Assembly (NCBI GenBank): GCA_036172245.1
Contig: JAYWIR010000027.1
Location: 2,294,001-2,358,000 of the forward strand
Length of the DNA stretch: 64,000 bases
Direction of reading: 5' to 3'
From: Raillietiella orientalis
Lineage: Eukaryota
The position numbers and the translations under genes were made by a program. The stretch's first letter is position 1; each line of letters opens with the position of its first letter. The notes under the pieces were generated by a model. The model did not search any database, was not told where the DNA came from, and saw only the letters and a program-made list of their open reading frames with translations. This document shows positions 60,836-64,000 of this stretch, piece by piece.

Positions 60836-63800
60836 TCGGAGGCAACCAGGGAGGAGGGCATCCTTTGGGATTCCCCTCCCAAGCATATGAAGAGCGGACA
60901 TCCTCCAGAGTCTTCCTGGATTCATAGGGAGTCCCCTGCCGAGGTACCTCCTAACTTGAAGAGTTGACACACCTTACCCTCGGGTGGAGTGGGCAGTCTT
61001 TAAAGAGCCTTGTGAGACCACCCTACGGAGGCGAACGGCTCTCTGAGTACTTAGCAAGCTCAAAAGAAGAGAAAAAAAAATGGAAGGAAAGAAGAAAAAA
61101 TAGAAGAACCCAAAAGGATTTCCATCATCTGGTTATCTCATGGTCTCATGGTTTCTAAAGAACCACTCAGTCTCGCTCACTCCCGAGTGCAGCCGGAATG
61201 TCAAGCGTGTTTTTTGTCAACAGGAAATGACCATTCAGGTTCAGCTTCCAACATAAGACAGATGCGAGTATCCAGAGAGAGGAATTTTTCTCATAAGCTC
61301 CCGAAAGTTCGGTTTCAAGGTTGTCGGTGCTCCGTCGGTTGGCTGGGACAGTCATCATGCCATGCTATTCCTTTCATCTCCAGTTGCCTGGACGGCCATT
61401 GTCTGGCATGAGAATGTTACTGAACTCTGGATCGCCCTCTCAGGTTCCCAATTGACTTTTTCTGCATTCTCCTTTATCCTACTCAGAGACTGAATCACAC
61501 CCATGCTCGAGCAAGTTTGTAGGTTCCATGAATACCAGGAAGCTCAGTTTTGTTTCCTAGGGTGTGTAATCCCTTGTCACTTACGCGTGGTATCCATGTA
61601 GATTTTAAAGCTACTATAAGCTAAATCGCCCTTCTTTCTTTCTTCATTCTTTATTAGTTTTACTCAATTATTATTATTTTTTTTTGCATTGTTCATTGAC
61701 ACTGACAATTACTCAATGAGAAAACATTGTATAGTCATCAATATTCTTAACATTTGTAGCATCTATGAATCAGAGTAAATTTTGATTTCCAAATGGATCA
61801 TTGTAAATGAATTTCTTGTCACTGAATACAAATGCGCTTTATGAAATAATAATGTAAATATGCTCATGCCACATCATATATATTAGTAGCTGTCTTAAAC
61901 TAAATCTAATTAAATATTAATGTAATTTTGTATTGTTATTGAATATCCATGCAATGATAAAAAGAATAGAAACGTAAATACGTCGAGAGAGAAAGAAAGC
62001 ATCTTCAGCCTCACACTCTCTTTCATGCTCCTCTCCAAGCGGAGTCTTCCCTGCAGCGAGTTTTTCATCTTTCCATTTCGATCCATGTGGTATGGAAGTA
62101 GCTGATGAGCATGGAAACTGGTATTCTGAGCTTCGTGACCATGTTCTTCGTTTTGCAGCATCTTGAATCCAAAGGGTTGGAGTAGGGGAGAGGCCTTGAG
62201 TCTGGTAGTAGACAACCGTGCAACCAGAAGTCTGGGGATTCGAGAAAGGTGTCTTTTTGGGAGAGGGAGTATCCTGGAAATAGTTAAAACCTCCCAGAAG
62301 GGACAGTTACGTCCGTGGTCGTTGCAAGGGACTTTGCTAGATCAGTGGGAAGAGTAGTCGACGTCCCTAGACTGGAAGATAATCCTGGAGCTGCATGCTC
62401 AAGAGAGGTCGAAAGCGTAGCAGTTCCATATGGAGAGACGACACAAGTCTGGAGACAGCAGCTGATAAGGGAAAAGGGTGAAGAGGTCTCTTTTCTGCCC
62501 TCGATGGGTGGGCTACAATCCGAAGAACTCACGGAATATAGATGTGGACATGGTTCGGAAAGTGGCTTTCTCGAAACCAGTTGCGTCTGTCTTCGTTGCT
62601 AGCTCGAAAGAGTTCCTGGTTGGCTCCAAAAAGATGAAACGGTCAAGTGAGAGCCTCTGATCATATGCATTAACACTGCTTGTTTTTTTTTCCGCACTTT
62701 CATCTTAGCCAAAGGCCGAGAAGCGATGCATGAAAACTAAATTTTGGATTGTATGCAATATTTTCCGCAAAAGACATATTATTTAAAGGTTTATCTGGCT
62801 ATTTTTCTATCAGATTTTAAACTTTGAGGACAATTTTTTCATCCAATATTCTAATCCTAGGAACCCGCTTATTAAATATAACTATAATATATTTAGTGCA
62901 CGTTATTTTGATTCGGACCTTTCAAACTGAATTGTTGAATTGTTACTTTATTTGATACAAAACATGGTATTTTAGAGAACATTAGTCGTAACGATTCTAC
63001 CCGAGAAAACGAACATGAGTCTGCTTTCATTGTGGAGTTGTCTCAATGATACGTAAGCATTTCTTTTCTCGTTTTGCATCTCTGGGAAAATACGGGGTTT
63101 AGTAGTGATTGAAATTGATTTGATGAAAAAGGTTGAAACCAAAACATTAGCTTGGAAGTGATTCATCACAGATGAGAGCTAACAGATCATCATTTCTTTC
63201 TAATGGCAAATCATGATGATGATTTGCTTGATTTTCCTATAAAGGTTCCAATTGATATGGAGCGACAAAAGTAAATTTCGAATGTAGCTGCTCATAAAAT
63301 AATAAAAAATTAAAAAAAGGGTCTCATAGAGAATGAGTGATTCTGACAATTTTACGGCTTCATCATCCTCATAGCTACGGCATTATCGGAATAATTCGAT
63401 CAGATCATTATAACAACAATGAAAACAATTAAATTTGTTCATTAACCGTTACGAAGCAATTGTACTCCTAATTTTATGAAAGGATTATGAAATATTCTTT
63501 TTGTGTTTCGTGGCACATTTGAGCTTAAATGGTCACGATATTCTCACTCCTTTTACATGCAATGTAAATTGTTCTTATTTTTATTCCTTTTAAATAAACT
63601 CAATAATTTCGGAATGCAGCCTGCACTCTCTTTGGGTGAGACCCATATAGTGAAGCGCGAATTGAAAAAATAGAAGTCTCGTCCAAAAAATCGGTATACA
63701 TGTTAAGTCTAAGATCTTTAACGCAGATTACTCAGCACTAATTTCAAAATTAACATCGAAAATTAACACCGACTAAAACTGGATGTGTATATTCTTCTAC

Positions 63801-64000
63801 TGGTACTATTTTGAGTTTGCCTCCACTTCTAAATACTTTTAAGGTGTTAGTTTCTCATTTTTGTGTAATCGAAAATAATGCCGATACTGCTAATTCGAAT
63901 TGTTTAAGCTTGTCGCCATTTAACGCAGGTGTAAGTCGTTTCTTAAGTATGGTCAGAAGATCTTGCTTTAGCCAAAGGTTTTGAAGTGAATTCTGAGCGA

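Overview
Eukaryotic (animal, probably protostome/ecdysozoan) genomic DNA with many very short GT-AG introns (40-70 nt) and some TTTTCAG acceptors; a basal nematode is plausible but not proven. Six spliced protein-coding genes were rebuilt by hand with consistent exon phases: ACAP/centaurin-beta (+, 3493-11629), tail-to-tail with Suppressor of Hairless/CSL (-, 11884-15027); a secreted-type PEBP (-, 34645-36235); a Ser-rich putative GTSE1-like gene (+, 47710-~50183); and the convergent pair DNAJC5/cysteine string protein (+, 55787-56925) and MOB3 (-, 57048-58120). Much of the intergenic DNA is decayed L1/Tx1-type non-LTR retrotransposon, including a nest at 39-46 kb that also holds a restriction-like-endonuclease (NeSL/Utopia/R2-type) element. 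Main highlights: (i) the L1-like family ends in AATAAA plus a short hairpin plus TG-n-AA with no poly(A), and a 24-bp insertion of only this hairpin sits between perfect 18-bp duplications; (ii) a 31-nt U2 snRNA 5' fragment with a target-site duplication; (iii) Su(H) carries CtBP- and Groucho-type motifs and is flanked by clusters of its own binding sites; (iv) a sharp kb-scale GC/CpG mosaic whose boundary runs through the ACAP gene. All calls are from manual reading; no database searches were run.
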